A stretch of DNA of 63,899 nucleotides, counting the filler, from Squatina squatina (lineage: Eukaryota), in assembly GCA_031763465.1 (NCBI GenBank). It is 4 parts of 3 records of this genome, joined end to end, with 100 filler letters (N's around TTAATTAATTAA, not from the genome) between each part and the next. Parts side by side here need not be neighbours in the genome. Positions count along the whole stretch, not along the records: positions 1 to 14,225 come from JARFOE010000168.1; 3 more parts are not named here. One strand, 5' to 3'. Position 1 is the stretch's first letter. Each line of letters opens with the position of its first letter. Below, one piece after another: positions 1 through 11,620 of this stretch. The notes beneath the pieces are model-generated. The model searched no databases. It saw only the letters and a list, made by a program, of their open reading frames with translations, and was not told where the DNA came from. Both the position numbers and the translations under genes were made by a program.

Positions 1-972
1 ATTGAAATGTCATCAAATAGCATTATTGTAGAGATTAGTGAAAATAGCAGATTTGCATATGTGAAATGCCAGGTAGTTCAGTACTTAAAACGTCAGGAGA
101 CTTATGAAGTCAAACCCACAGCCTCATAATGAAGAACGTTTCAGCAGTTTTTGATGGAAGAAAGCTTGCATTGATGAGAATAACGTGCCCTTTGTAAGGT
201 TTGCACAGAAATACCAGCCTGGGAAAGACAGGTTTTGTTCTTAATGGTGGTTTGCAATATTCCACTTCTGATGAGTTAAATTCAAAAATGGTAACAGTTA
301 ATCTTGGGGGGACTGGTAGTATGCCACTTGCCAAAAGTAGTAATTCTATATCGTAACTATAAAAATAAAAATCGTCCATTTTTATTTAAGTAACTGTATA
401 ATTTAGATAGTGCTCTACAATTTTAAACATCTTAATTATTTCTTAACTGCACCCCTAACATTTAGCCCTGTGTTAGCCGTATACTTTTATGCGTTTTTTC
501 TTGCTAATTACATGGATTTCTGTGGAGATTAGAGCCGTCTCGGTGTTTACGCAGTCACATAAGAGTTACATTTCCACCGTGCTTCTTTTGTGGTCCCCAG
601 ATGAACACATCTTGCAGCCGTGATAAAACATAAACACAGAGGCTTTACTTTGAATGTACAATTCCTGCTGGCTGGATCAAAAAACACTTTCAAAGAGTAG
701 ATTTGACACTCGAAGGGATCTAATTGCAAGGTCAGTGAAGAAGCGAGCGCATTTTGCAGGGGAGAGGAAAGCCTGTTTGAAAGTAGCCCCTCCTGTCAGC
801 AGCTCTGCCAGCGCCATATGGGCACTGCTGGCTCCCTTCCACATACCTCTTACAGTATGTGGACGTAAACATATCACTGTCCACATACCATTGTAGTGCC
901 AGGAATTTATCATAATAAGTGACTCAGATCAGGCTTCATCCAGGATTTGAGACTGGGATTTTTATCCAACGG

Positions 973-1135
973 TGAGGATAAAATGTTACTTCGGCCGAGG
1001 CACAGATCAGGCAACAGCGCATCTGTCACCGCATTGAAGTCGATGGGAAAGAAAAAACGGGCAGGTTGTATAACAAGTGGTCAATCCCACTGTTGTCTGT
1101 TTTGCACCCGCTACCCAAATTACATTTTATCCACA
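973..1135. mobile_element. Small palindromic MITE-like element
   Basis: Perfect inverted repeat GGATAAAATGT (976-986) / ACATTTTATCC (1122-1132), extendable imperfectly, around a CATTGAAGTCGATGGG core; right half resembles 4910-5001. Confidence 0.55.
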
Positions 1136-2239
1136 GTGACTTTTTATATATTGTGGCTGAATTTTGAAACTCAGCTCTCAAACTGAGCGAATTCTTTGTT
1201 AAGTATCAAATGACTTAAGAAGGTAATGCACAACGGTTGCAGAGTTCTGATTGAAGGAAACTGTGGGTAAACGATTATGTACCAGAAAATGCGGAAGCAT
1301 GGAATCTGGGATAAGTGGAAGACAGCGTTATACCACAATGGGCAGGGCCTCCCAGCCAATCCCCTGCACAAATGGAGCCCCAGAAAAGGCTAAGAGGAGC
1401 TCAGAAACACCAAATAATAAAGGTGACAGTGCCCACCTGGGAAGACAAAGACCTCTTCACTGCCTTGAAAATCTCCGTGAGTCTATCAGTTATCTCCCAA
1501 ATCTGGTGCAATGGGGAAATTCCAGATGCATTACCATGGGTGGGTTCCAAAACTGTCATCACCAGACGAGGTCAACTTAACACTGGCAGGATTATGCACT
1601 TCCACCAGCTGAAAGACACCTTACCCCGCATGGCCTACTCTGCTACATCTAAATTAAACATCTTTCTCATGACCCAGCCACATTCACAAACCTCCAATGA
1701 CAATCTACCACCTTGGAGCTGTACCTCTGCTGCCATAAGCACATCTCTATCTTTTGTGCCATGTTATTTTTTTTCTAGATCAAAAGGCAAAGCAGAAAGC
1801 TTTAAAGGTGTTTGCAGACAGGACCATAGGCCGCCAGATAGCAGAAGAGGGATGGAGAGAGGGATGGAGAAATGCAGTGATGGATGGAGGAAGGGAGAAG
1901 TGAGGAAATGCATTGAAATGCCTGGACTTTAGTGGGAGATGTCTTCAAGTCCATGATCTTTCAGTGCGAAGTTTCCAATCTCAGACCCATTTAATGGAGA
2001 GAGGTGCTGAGTGAGATACAGGTCTTGCCCATGGCGAAATCCATGTGTGCATCATCTGCATGTTCCCCTTATGCAACCCAGTTTAAACACACATTGGCAA
2101 AGACATGAGAGCTGGTTTCTCAAATGCCCTCTCTGAGGTTAGTATGTGGCCTGGGAGACCAAAGGGAGGGAAAAATGAACTAAGTGAGAGTTGCAATCAC
2201 ATTAAACAATTCAGCTCTACACCTCTGATAGATGACTGG

Positions 2240-2303
2240 TACTTGCTCTGCATGATACTACACTGAGTTACACAGGCCAGGAAGTTCCCAGGTCCAGTCC
2301 CTG
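2240..2303 (+). mobile_element. 5' part of a tRNA-derived (LF-SINE-like) shark SINE, cut by gap
   Basis: cactgagttacacaggccaggaagttcccaggtccagtccctg resembles the head/B-box region of this family from recall; related pieces at 26225-26395 and 56990-57210. Confidence 0.4.
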
Positions 2304-2939
2304 NNNNNNNNNNNNNNNNNNNNNNNNNNNNNNNNNNNNNNNNNNNNNNNNNNNNNNNNNNNNNNNNNNNNNNNNNNNNNNNNNNNNNNNNNNNNNNNNN
2401 NNNTTAAATGTTACAACGCGACATCAGCATCCTACAATCCATCAAGAAAGAATGCTGAGTTCGTTGGGCTAGATTTAAAAGTAGTCACTGTGGACACTGT
2501 GAAGACTGTGCACTGTTTCCAATGAGGGTCCGGATTGTCTTATGCAGCGCTAGAGATTTTGGAACATTTAAAGTAGTAAAGGGATTAACCATTCTAAAAC
2601 AGTTAAGTGTCATAAGCAAAGGGAACATCACTTATGTTTATATCTTCCAAGTCTTCCTGGTGATAAGAAACAGAGCAATGTCAAGTGCACTCTCCCAAGT
2701 AATGAGCGCAAGCAATCGATAAAGCAAAGTAATTTGCATATCTTGCTATTCAGCAGTCCACGAGAGGCTGGAATGCTGTCTGCTATCAAAGGCTGAAAAT
2801 ATTGGAGGTTTCTCTTCTGACTGTCCTAGGCATTGATGAAAATCTCCCCCTTTCTGCAACATAAGACTAAGAATATCCCAAACTAGCCACTTAGGTGATA
2901 AGAAACAACATCAACTCAACAGGAATACCGTGTAGCAAC

Positions 2940-4000
2940 AGGGTCCAACTTTATGGATAGGCGCACTGTTGGCACAGCCTTGTCGACAGATATCTGAAAT
3001 AAATGAGCTAGGGGGAGAAATTCAACTCGCGCTAGTTTCCAGTGAGAAATGGGCAGCGCAATCCCAACGTGAGCCCGAAGACATCAGCCTGTGGCCCAAT
3101 CAGAAAGGAGCCTTGGGACTCTTTTGCATTAAGCCGCCGAGCTATGGATGCCAATCGGGCATTCCAACACAGCTCGCTGTTCAGAGCCTGACCGATTCTG
3201 GCTGACTTCTACCTCAAGCCGGCCAACAGGTAGGTCCTGGGAGAGTCAGGGTAGAGGGTGGGGGTAGGGCAGGTCTGGGCTGGCAGTAATTTAGTGGAGG
3301 CAGTGGAGCAAAATTTTGAAAATGTTTTCTTACCTTTTTTGAGCAGCCAACAGCAGTCCCTTTAAGGACCACTGGTTGGGCCGTTCAAGACGCATAACAA
3401 CTAGGCCAGCACTGCCAATTTGTTGATGAATTTCAATCCAAGTCCTATAACAGGCATTATTTGCTTAACGCCTGTTTCAGGTGGGTGCCCTGCATATCCA
3501 GAAGTCGCCAGTTTGACCTTTTTAATTTGGCAACCGCTGCACTTCAGGGAGGATCGAGCACAGGAGATTGCGACCTGGAATTTTGTCGTTGATCTAACGC
3601 CCAAAAAATGGGCACAACAATGTTGAATTTCTCCCCATTTATACTTTAATTGGAGCATTGATAACTTGAACAGCCATAAGAACCAATGGCTTTGCTGGGA
3701 TCAAACTTTGGAAGGAAATGCTTACCTTTATTGCACCTGATTTTGATTTGGTCAACTGGGTTGTATACGTCAATGCAACGTGTGGGTGGCTCTGCAATTT
3801 TTTTCAGCAATCAAAATTCACGTTCAGCACTGCTTTATCTACAGCGCATGGCCCATGATTTTCTTCTTCTCAAGAGAAGTAACAATCTAGTTTGGCGATC
3901 TTGGAAACAGATTTGATTATTTTCCATAAGCTTTTGCAACCTGCCCAAGAATTGAGTAGTTTGGACCTGATGTTGTCCATGTGACGAGCTGATGACAGGG
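2940..4000 (-). mobile_element. Highly decayed CR1-clade LINE ORF2 fragment, interrupted by a MITE
   Basis: Minus-strand translations in colinear order: RSKLLNSWAGCKSLWKIIKS, DKAVLN, FDPSKAIGSYG (cf. LDPSKAxGPDG), then past the insertion LAHLFQISVDK..ANSAPIHK (cf. PLxxLF..WKxAxVxPIHK). Confidence 0.55.
3012..3636. mobile_element. Non-autonomous DNA transposon (MITE, probably Harbinger-type)
   Basis: Perfect 15-bp terminal inverted repeats GGGGAGAAATTCAAC (3012-3026) / GTTGAATTTCTCCCC (3622-3636); 625 bp, no recognisable coding; no clean TSD visible. Confidence 0.8.
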
Positions 4001-4879
4001 CCTTTTCATATTGGAACTTTGTAAAGTAATAGACAGCCTTGTCCTTTTGGCCTCATGATCATCTCTGTCTCTCTAATCATTTCTGCTATTTGGACAATAC
4101 TGTAGCTGTGGCAGTCTGCAACATTAGATACAATCTCTTTGGTCCAAGTTCAGATGAAGTTTGGACCTTTGACTGGTAGCCGGGATGCCAGTTTGAGCTA
4201 ACAACTTCCGGCATCAAGCTGTTCCAATTAGCCTCGTCACTCAGNNNNNNNNNNNNNNNNNNNNNNNNNNNNNNNNNNNNNNNNNNNNNNNNNNNNNNNN
4301 NNNNNNNNNNNNNNNNNNNNNNNNNNNNNNNNNNNNNNNNNNNNATTTAATGCATTCTTTGAGATAATAGGAAAATATCAGTACCAAATCACATAGATAA
4401 TTTGGAAAAGCAGGTTGGTTTTATTGCTTCAATAAGCATCTCATTTGTGGTAAATAGACATATTGGTCTATTCAAATTGGAATGATTTACAATACTTCTA
4501 ATGTGTTTTAAGCGTTACCACAATGACGTTGAAAATATTTTCGGAATCATCTAAAGTGACAAAATCCATTTCCTATTAAAACCTACTGTTGGACTTTAAA
4601 AATAAGTCTGAAAGTAGAGCACCCCCAAAGACAGCTGCCATGTATCCTAGAACGTGGAATCAATAGTGTTCTTTGTGTTCAGATCAGATTACAGGCCTAC
4701 TGATAAACCATGCAGAGCTAGATTGTAGAGATGATCCATATCTGTTCATCGTGGAAACAGCTCAGCAGCTGCAATTCTCTTTGTGATGGTGGCCCAGATT
4801 TTCCTGCCACTGTGATATCAAGAGCCTACACCTTGCGTTTCATCATCTAACTCGCCAATCTCGCCATGGACAACTTATT

Positions 4880-5001
4880 CCATATTTTCCTACATTTTTA
4901 ACTAATGATTTCAGTGGAAATAAAAATCAGGGAGACGTAAAACGGGCCGCCGACTCGCTGTTACCCGTTTTACACTATCGCACAAAATCAAGATCTACCC
5001 C
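4880..5001. mobile_element. Right end of a MITE-like element
   Basis: Ends in AAGATCTACCCC with an aaaacggg...cccgtttt internal inverted repeat; similar to 1030-1132. Confidence 0.45.
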
Positions 5002-5857
5002 TTTGACTTAAACCAGGCCAAGCGCAGCCTTCTTTCTTGGTGTCCTTTCCTTGCAGTGAGACTCCCTTCCTAACACGGGCTGACTGAAAATTCTTCGCGT
5101 GTAGTTTTAGGGTACAGGACATCAAATCTCGATACAGTGCACAATTTTTTTTTGGGCACACTACTGTTTGGGTGAGGCAGATTGACACACTATCCACTCA
5201 TACCTAGTAACAGCATGAGGCGCTGCTATGTAGTTCAGGTATGAGTGTTCGGCTGCAACTTGGAGCTCACTGGGTTATTTCCTCTTTGTTTTTCAATTTG
5301 TGTGATGCTAAACTTCAGCAAATTGCCTGCCCATTGTAACAGCACATTTCAGTTCCCTGATCTCACAGTCCTATGGCTCCTCAAAGCTGAGATATCCAAA
5401 TTGAGTGCCCAATGTCAGTAGTTTCCTGGAGAAAATTTGTTTCCATTGGAAACTAGAATTTGAATGCCAGAATTCATTTCAGCTTTGATTTCAGCCAGAT
5501 GAGAGAGAGGAACTGTTTACTGCCCTTTCTGGTTTCAATTCTGTCTGAGCCCCCCGAGGCAAGCACTTTAGGATAGAATACAGCTGAAATTTAGAAAAAG
5601 ACAATGTTGGCTGCACCAAGGAAGGCAGTGAAATAAAATCAGACACCAAGGATAATGATGGGAGAATCCTTTCTTTACAAGTAGGGCAGCACTGACACCT
5701 TGATAACTCAAAATAGGTGTCTGCGAAATAATGGCCATAAAATCGGAATAAATCAAGGAGCAGTGAGAACATTCATTGCTCTTCTCAAAAATGGTAATAG
5801 AGATTTGATTTAATGTCCCTTTAGAATTTTATTTAATAACCCTTTAGAAAATTCATA

Positions 5858-6035
5858 TACCTGAAGTATGGTTGCAATACTGGAGTGTGGTTCAAATACT
5901 GGAGTATGGTTCCAATACTGGAGTATGGTTCCAATATAGGAGCGTGGTTCCAATACTGAATTATGGTTCCAATACTGGAGTGTGGTTCCAATGCTGGAGT
6001 GATGTTCCAGTACTGGAATATGGTTCCAATTCTGG
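5858..6035. repeat. 19-bp minisatellite, consensus TACTGGAGTATGGTTCCAA, about 9 copies, running into a gap
   Basis: Directly readable head-to-tail units with scattered substitutions; no spacers. Confidence 0.95.
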
Positions 6036-7115
6036 NNNNNNNNNNNNNNNNNNNNNNNNNNNNNNNNNNNNNNNNNNNNNNNNNNNNNNNNNNNNNNNNN
6101 NNNNNNNNNNNNNNNNNNNNNNNNNNNNNNNNNNNAGACTCACTTACAAGAAAAACTGCAAACCTCTAGTTTAAGGATTAAATCTAAATGTACTCTCCTT
6201 GACTGCACATTAAATGGCCCTATTTCCATTAATGTTATTCTATTAATAAACGTGGCAACTGGAGATAGAGTGCTGCACAAATATTTACTTGTTCCTTTAC
6301 TATTGAGTTCATTTTGTGCATATTACGTCTAATGTTTTATTTCATTTATGAAGCATCTGCATTTTCCTATTAAAGACAGAGGAGCAATAAAAAGTTAATG
6401 AGAGTAATGTTGCGTAAACAGCAACACCCAGCCCAAATTATGCACTCAGAATTATAATTACCCTGTAAATTGAGCATTCGTTTCCTTAAGTTTGGACTGC
6501 AAGTTTTTTTTCTTTAAGCCATGCATTGTAAACACTCAATCAGGGAGAGTTCATGCTTTGGACTTGGAGCGTAACATATATAAATTTTTCACTAAATCAT
6601 AGTGTGGGAAAATGAAGCCTTGTGAAATTGTCAACACATTAACCACTTTGATGGCATCATTGCAGTTAAGGGCTCTATTTAGTAAATGTCAGTTGCTTAG
6701 GTCTCATTAACCAGTTACCCAAGTTTCCCACAGGGTTGATGCCTTGTCTGCAGATCAGCTCATTTATCCACAGTAAGGGATACACCGGCCTCTTTGCAAT
6801 GTAAGATTTTTGCTTATCTTATACAAATTTTGGCATATGGATGGTCATTTGTGGTGTGCAGTTAAAATATACTTGGATGAGTATCAGGGTCTGATAATGA
6901 CTGAAAAAACAAACAAACCCTTTCCACCAGCATCAAACTCTTGTTGCTAAGTAAAACAGCTAACTCAACAAAAGATCATTTTTAGCCTACTGATTAACAT
7001 CAATAAATATACCCGNNNNNNNNNNNNNNNNNNNNNNNNNNNNNNNNNNNNNNNNNNNNNNNNNNNNNNNNNNNNNNNNNNNNNNNNNNNNNNNNNNNNN
7101 NNNNNNNNNNNNNNN

Positions 7116-7809
7116 AAAGCCAGCCATTCAGAGGAATCCAGTTTGGCGCTCCACTACCTTCTCTCTTGTCATGGGGAAGGTAATGTATTGGCTTCTCCTT
7201 CTGAAGAAAGCATCTGTGAAATCTCTGATGGCACGATGAACTGCAAATTGCAAGATGTTGCTCATATGTCCAATGGCTCCCTGAAAGGAGACATTGGTGA
7301 AGAAGTTGAGGGTAATTGTCACCTTGACTGCTACAGACAGAGCTGTCCTCACCCTAGTTTGTGGCTGAAGATCTGGGGCAAGAAGATGGCAGAGCTCTAT
7401 GATGATGTCCCAGGAGAATCGAAGTCTTCTAACACAGAGCTCCTCAGATAAGTTGAGATAACTGAATTGCTCTCGGAAGACCCTGAGTGGGTAAGGCCTC
7501 CTTTGAACATTGGCACGGGCCTTTCCTCTTCCTTGGCCCTGGTGCTGGTCTGGTGCTGGTGGGTCAGCTTGTGCTTGGGGCGGCCTGCTCCGTCCTCTGT
7601 TAGCTGGCCTCTGCCTGTGCCTATGTGGTGGGATATCTGCAGGCTGTGCCTCTTGCATTGGTGGCACTCGGGCTTCCTCAATTACCCGCGCCCCTTGTCC
7701 TTGCCTGCTGGAGCCTTTGCCTCTGCTGCTGTCTCCATCTTCTCCTTCTGATGAGGTACTCCCTCAGATACAGCAGAAACAGACAGTCCACTGCAAGAAC
7801 AGCACCCAT
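7116..7809 (-). pseudogene. Harbinger/PIF transposase (HARBI1-like) N-terminal half, disrupted
   Basis: RVFREQFSYLNLSEELCVRRLRFS..LCHLLAPDLQP..ALSVAVKVTITLNFF..SFQ..I..AVHRAIRDFTDA..YITFP..GFL*MAGF matches the HARBI1-family HTH region; in-frame TGA at 7128-7130, frameshift after the MGAVL start at 7809; DDE domain lost in the gap. Confidence 0.88.
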
Positions 7810-8316
7810 TGTGATGGTCGGAGTGCCTTTAAAAGTTCCTCTGAGCTGAAGGGGATAAAGTTTCTCAGAGCTTTCACTTTAGAAAGTAAACCGTTTTCAC
7901 CCCTCAAGAGGCAGGAGCACATCACACGCACCCCTGTCCCCACTCACCGTTCTCTCAATGAGTCGGCTATTCATACCCTGAAAGAAGATGGCGTAACGCC
8001 CCGGGAAACCTGTTTACCGACAGGTTTTTGTGGCGCTGTTTTCTGGAGGCCAGCAGAGAAGTTCAGACTGCCGAATTTTGTGTCGGGACGCTGCGGAGGT
8101 GTTGCGCGCCATGTTGACGTCACCGACAGCTAGCGCCTCAAAAAATAGCACCTTGCCAGGCCGTGGAGGTGATCATTTTTAACGCCTCAAGAAAATGGGG
8201 GCCAAATTTCTTGGGAGGTGCTAATTGAGCTTTTAACGCCCAAAGTTTTTTTAGCGCCTCCATCGCGCCTTCATAAGGTGAGAAAGAGATGCTAAAAAGT
8301 GCCCAATTTCAGGCCC
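7116..8316 (-). mobile_element. Left arm of a Harbinger DNA transposon
   Basis: Transposase remnant preceded by a GC-rich subterminal region with recurring (a)acgcc/gcgcc motifs and a terminus reading GGGCCTGAAATTGGGC on the minus strand. Confidence 0.75.
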
Positions 8317-8849
8317 TTTGTGTTTTGAAGAGTTGCGCAGGGCTGTTTGAATAGCTGATGTGTATACAGCACTGTAACATAGCTATTGCCTGCACCAGTA
8401 ACAGGAGCTGTGAGTGTGGAAACTACTAAATGGCCACTGCAGGAGCCCCATTGGTGCTGCTCTTACTTGGAATGTCTGCCTTCTTTAGTGTAAATGGCCA
8501 GAACTCCAGAGACACATAAGTGCTTGAATTCTGGCCTAAGAGTGTATGCAACCAGTACATATGCAGGAATAAAACTCTGGAACCGTATCTTCGTGTCACT
8601 TTGCAAAATAAATCCTGCTTAGCGTCATAAGTAGATCTCTCACATACTTTGGTGAGATTCACCTTTTGTAGGCATCAACAATTCAGCCAATTAAAGTGTC
8701 CTTTTCACCGCTAAGTTCTGGGTTAGAAAATTTGTCTAGACTTTTATATCTCCTGGCTGTAAGGGTCCTATGTAAAATGAGTTTGGCTGTTCTCAATCCA
8801 GTTGCTGGTGGGGAAGCAGCCATACTAGAAAACTCCCTCTAATTTGCGT

Positions 8850-9100
8850 GGAATGGGCAAAGGCTCTCAGAGGGACCACCAGACGGCTGGTGTGGGAAAT
8901 GGAAAAATGCCACACTGAGACCGTGAAGGGTGTTCTTCTGAGGTTGGGGGTCAAGACATGTTGTTGGTGCAGAGTAGATGAAGATTTATTTTGTATAAAA
9001 CCTTTCTATGTTGGAAGTAGAAATTAGTAGCACTGGGGGCCCAAAATGGAAATTCTTCCATTTCCTTTCTCTACCTCCCACCTTGATGAAAACAAAATTG
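8850..9100 (+). mobile_element. Decayed shark SINE-like repeat, 3' portion
   Basis: Resembles a common chondrichthyan repeat ending ...ccttgatga..acaaaatt (recall only). Confidence 0.3.
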
Positions 9101-10007
9101 ACAAAATAGAAGTTTTTTTTAAAAAAAGAAACTACTATTATGGAAAATTATGATTCCCTGACAAAAAAATGATGGAGACACCTTTCATGGGCATTTTGAA
9201 AAATTTCAAAAATCAAACCTGTGCACCCTGCTCTTTTTCCCAGTTGTGTGATACCGTGTATGCCATTTGAAGTGAATTAAATCAAAGTGTTTCCCCACTA
9301 CAGCACGACTTCAGAAAACAGCTGACATCTTAATTAACGGGTTCATAAAAACATTGATAATTATATTCTGAAGAAACTAGACAGAACCTTCAAAAAAGGT
9401 TCAAGTGTCGCTTTTGTCTTAATTACAGTTGTTAAGAAATTCTACATTCAAGCATTTTAAATTTTGAGCCAGCGATGCCGGGGGAACAATTATACCTGTC
9501 TTTAATGTAAAGAGTATGAAAATGTTTTATCATAAGTCATGGTTTCAAAATCCCCGTTCCGTTGGCATTACTTTTGAGATAAGAAAGAGATGTCAAAGAA
9601 CACCATTTAATTTTAGGTGCATGATGTCAGGCCAGAAATATTTGGCAAATATACCTACAAGCTACAGGTGTGAGATTTGTATGATAAAAAGGACCCAGCC
9701 AGCAGATGACTCATCGCTCCCCAGAGCTTTTTCAACCTCAATATCTGGTTCTCATTCAAAACCACATTGCCCACTTACGTGACTGTTGTTGGCTATTGCT
9801 GTTGCAGACTGCAGAAGCCTGGGAGGAGCACCGAATAAAATAGACTCCTTGTCAGTTCAGGCTATGATGTACATTAAGCAATAGTGAAAAGAAACCGCAT
9901 TCATTGGCAATTCTATTTCTCCTTCTGTCTGAAATGTTACTATGATGTACGAGGTAACACAGGGAAAGTGTAAACAGACTTAAGTGTAAATAGACATGAA
10001 TATTCCA

Positions 10008-10301
10008 GTGGCAGGAGGATCGGTAACCAGAGGACACAGATTTCAGATATTTGACAGATTCGGAGAGGAGATTTTTTTTTTACGCAGGGTGTTGTTATGA
10101 TCTGGAATGCACTGCCTGAAAAGGTGGTGGAAGCAGATTCAATACTAAATTTTAAAAGGGAATGGGATATATGCTTAAAAAGGAAATGTTTGAAGGCTAT
10201 GGTGAAAGAGCAGGGGCAGTGGGTCTAATTGGATAGCTCTTTCAAAGAGATGACACAGGTATGATGGGCCAAATGGCCGCCTTCTGTGCTGTATGATTCT
10301 A
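10008..10301 (+). mobile_element. CR1-type LINE 3' end
   Basis: aaccagaggacacagattt...tggaatgcactgcctgaaaaggtggtggaagcag (TRGH, WNxLP motifs) and tail gggccaaatggcc..tctgtgctgtatgattct. Confidence 0.85.
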
Positions 10302-10499
10302 ATATAATTTATTAAAGCAAAAACTACGTGGNNNNNNNNNNNNNNNNNNNNNNNNNNNNNNNNNNNNNNNNNNNNNNNNNNNNNNNNNNNNNNNNNNNNN
10401 NNNNNNNNNNNNNNNNNNNNNNNNNNNNNNNGAAGGTAAGTTCGTATTCTTTTTGTAGGTCAGCGATGTATCCCAGGGCTACACCTTTTTGGCTCAATA

Positions 10500-10718
10500 G
10501 TGGGGCAAATATCCCTCATTCAACATCACTAAAACAGACTATCTGGTCATTATCACATTACTGTTTGTGGGAGCTTGCTGTGCTCAAACTGGCTGCCACG
10601 TTACCTACCCTACAACAGTGACTACACTCCACACTTCAAGAGCACTTCTTTGGTTGTGAAGCATTTTGGGATGTCCTATGGTCGTGAAAGGTGCTATATA
10701 AGTGCAAGTCTTTCTCTT
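10500..10718 (+). mobile_element. Deu-domain SINE (SacSINE1-like), 3' half
   Basis: ctggtcattatcacatt.ctgtttgtgggagcttgctgtg core and tail gtgaaaggtgctatataagtgcaagtcttt; many copies in the window. Confidence 0.85.
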
Positions 10719-11407
10719 TATCTCTATCAAAGGCAGTTCATCGAGCTGGACAATGGAGGAAATACATTGGAGGAGGTGTGGTTAACCATATCAGAGTCTG
10801 CATCAGAGATTGAAGAGGACAGCGCAGTCACAGTCGCATGATTTTGAACCATTAAAATTGTCAGCACTGTGCCCACACTGTTTGAAGAGGCAGCAAAATG
10901 TGTTGTATTACTGCAGTATTTCACTCCGAACACTGAACAATGACTACCCTGATACTGTTGCTTGGTAACATGTGCCCAGAAGCAAAGTATTTTAAAAAAT
11001 GGTAGTACTGGGAAAGATATCTGTAAACCTGAAACGTTTCCCTGCAGATTGTTCAAGACGCTTCAGGCATTTATTGTACAGCACCGAAGATCACTCACAA
11101 ACCCAAAGGGAAATAACAAACATTATTGCCAGAAAATTCAGACATGATGTTTCATCTTATCCTTTAGAGAAAATGGTGAAGAGGCCCAGGTTTCAGTGAA
11201 GTACTGCCAGTAATTGCTGCGAGCATCCTCAAGCAGTGTGCCATATCAGCAAACAATGAGTCTTTGCACGTCTGCCCTCTAATGCCCTTTAAGGGAAAGC
11301 TACCCTTTGTAACTTTTCTTTTGAATCGCGTCGAGGGATAAAAGAAAACAAATGAGACCTCAATCATTTGGCCTCGCAAATGAAAGAGTTTCTGTGCTTT
11401 ATTTATA

Positions 11408-11474
11408 TATAAGAACATAAGAAATAGGAACATGAGTAGGCCATTCGGCCCCTCAAGCCTGTCCACCATTCAAC
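11408..11474 (-). mobile_element. CR1-type LINE 3' tail at contig end
   Basis: ataagaacataagaaatagga..gagtaggccattcggcccctcaagcctg, shared with 17318, 19341 and 57512. Confidence 0.8.
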
Positions 11475-11614
11475 NNNNNNNNNNNNNNNNNNNNNNNNNN
11501 NNNNNNNNNNNNNNNNNNNNNNNNNNNNNNNNNNNNNNNNNNNNNNNNNNNNNNNNNNNNNNNNNNNNNNNNNNTCAAATTGCAACATTTCAATTGAAAT
11601 TTTGCCTGAGCATT

Positions 11615-11620
11615 TTTATT
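11615..11620 (-). promoter_or_regulatory. Candidate polyadenylation signal in THUMPD1 3' UTR
   Basis: AATAAA on the minus strand about 340 nt past the THUMPD1 stop codon. Confidence 0.35.

Noticed and set aside
5858-6035. CRISPR-like array of palindromic repeats
   Set aside because: Units are head-to-tail with no unique spacers, there are no cas genes, and the context is vertebrate.
7128-7667. Domesticated host gene HARBI1
   Set aside because: Premature stop, frameshift and an adjacent transposon terminus indicate a TE copy.
7143-8133. Plus-strand ORFs of 102, 94 and 207 aa
   Set aside because: Antisense shadows of the GC-rich Harbinger transposase and its subterminal region.
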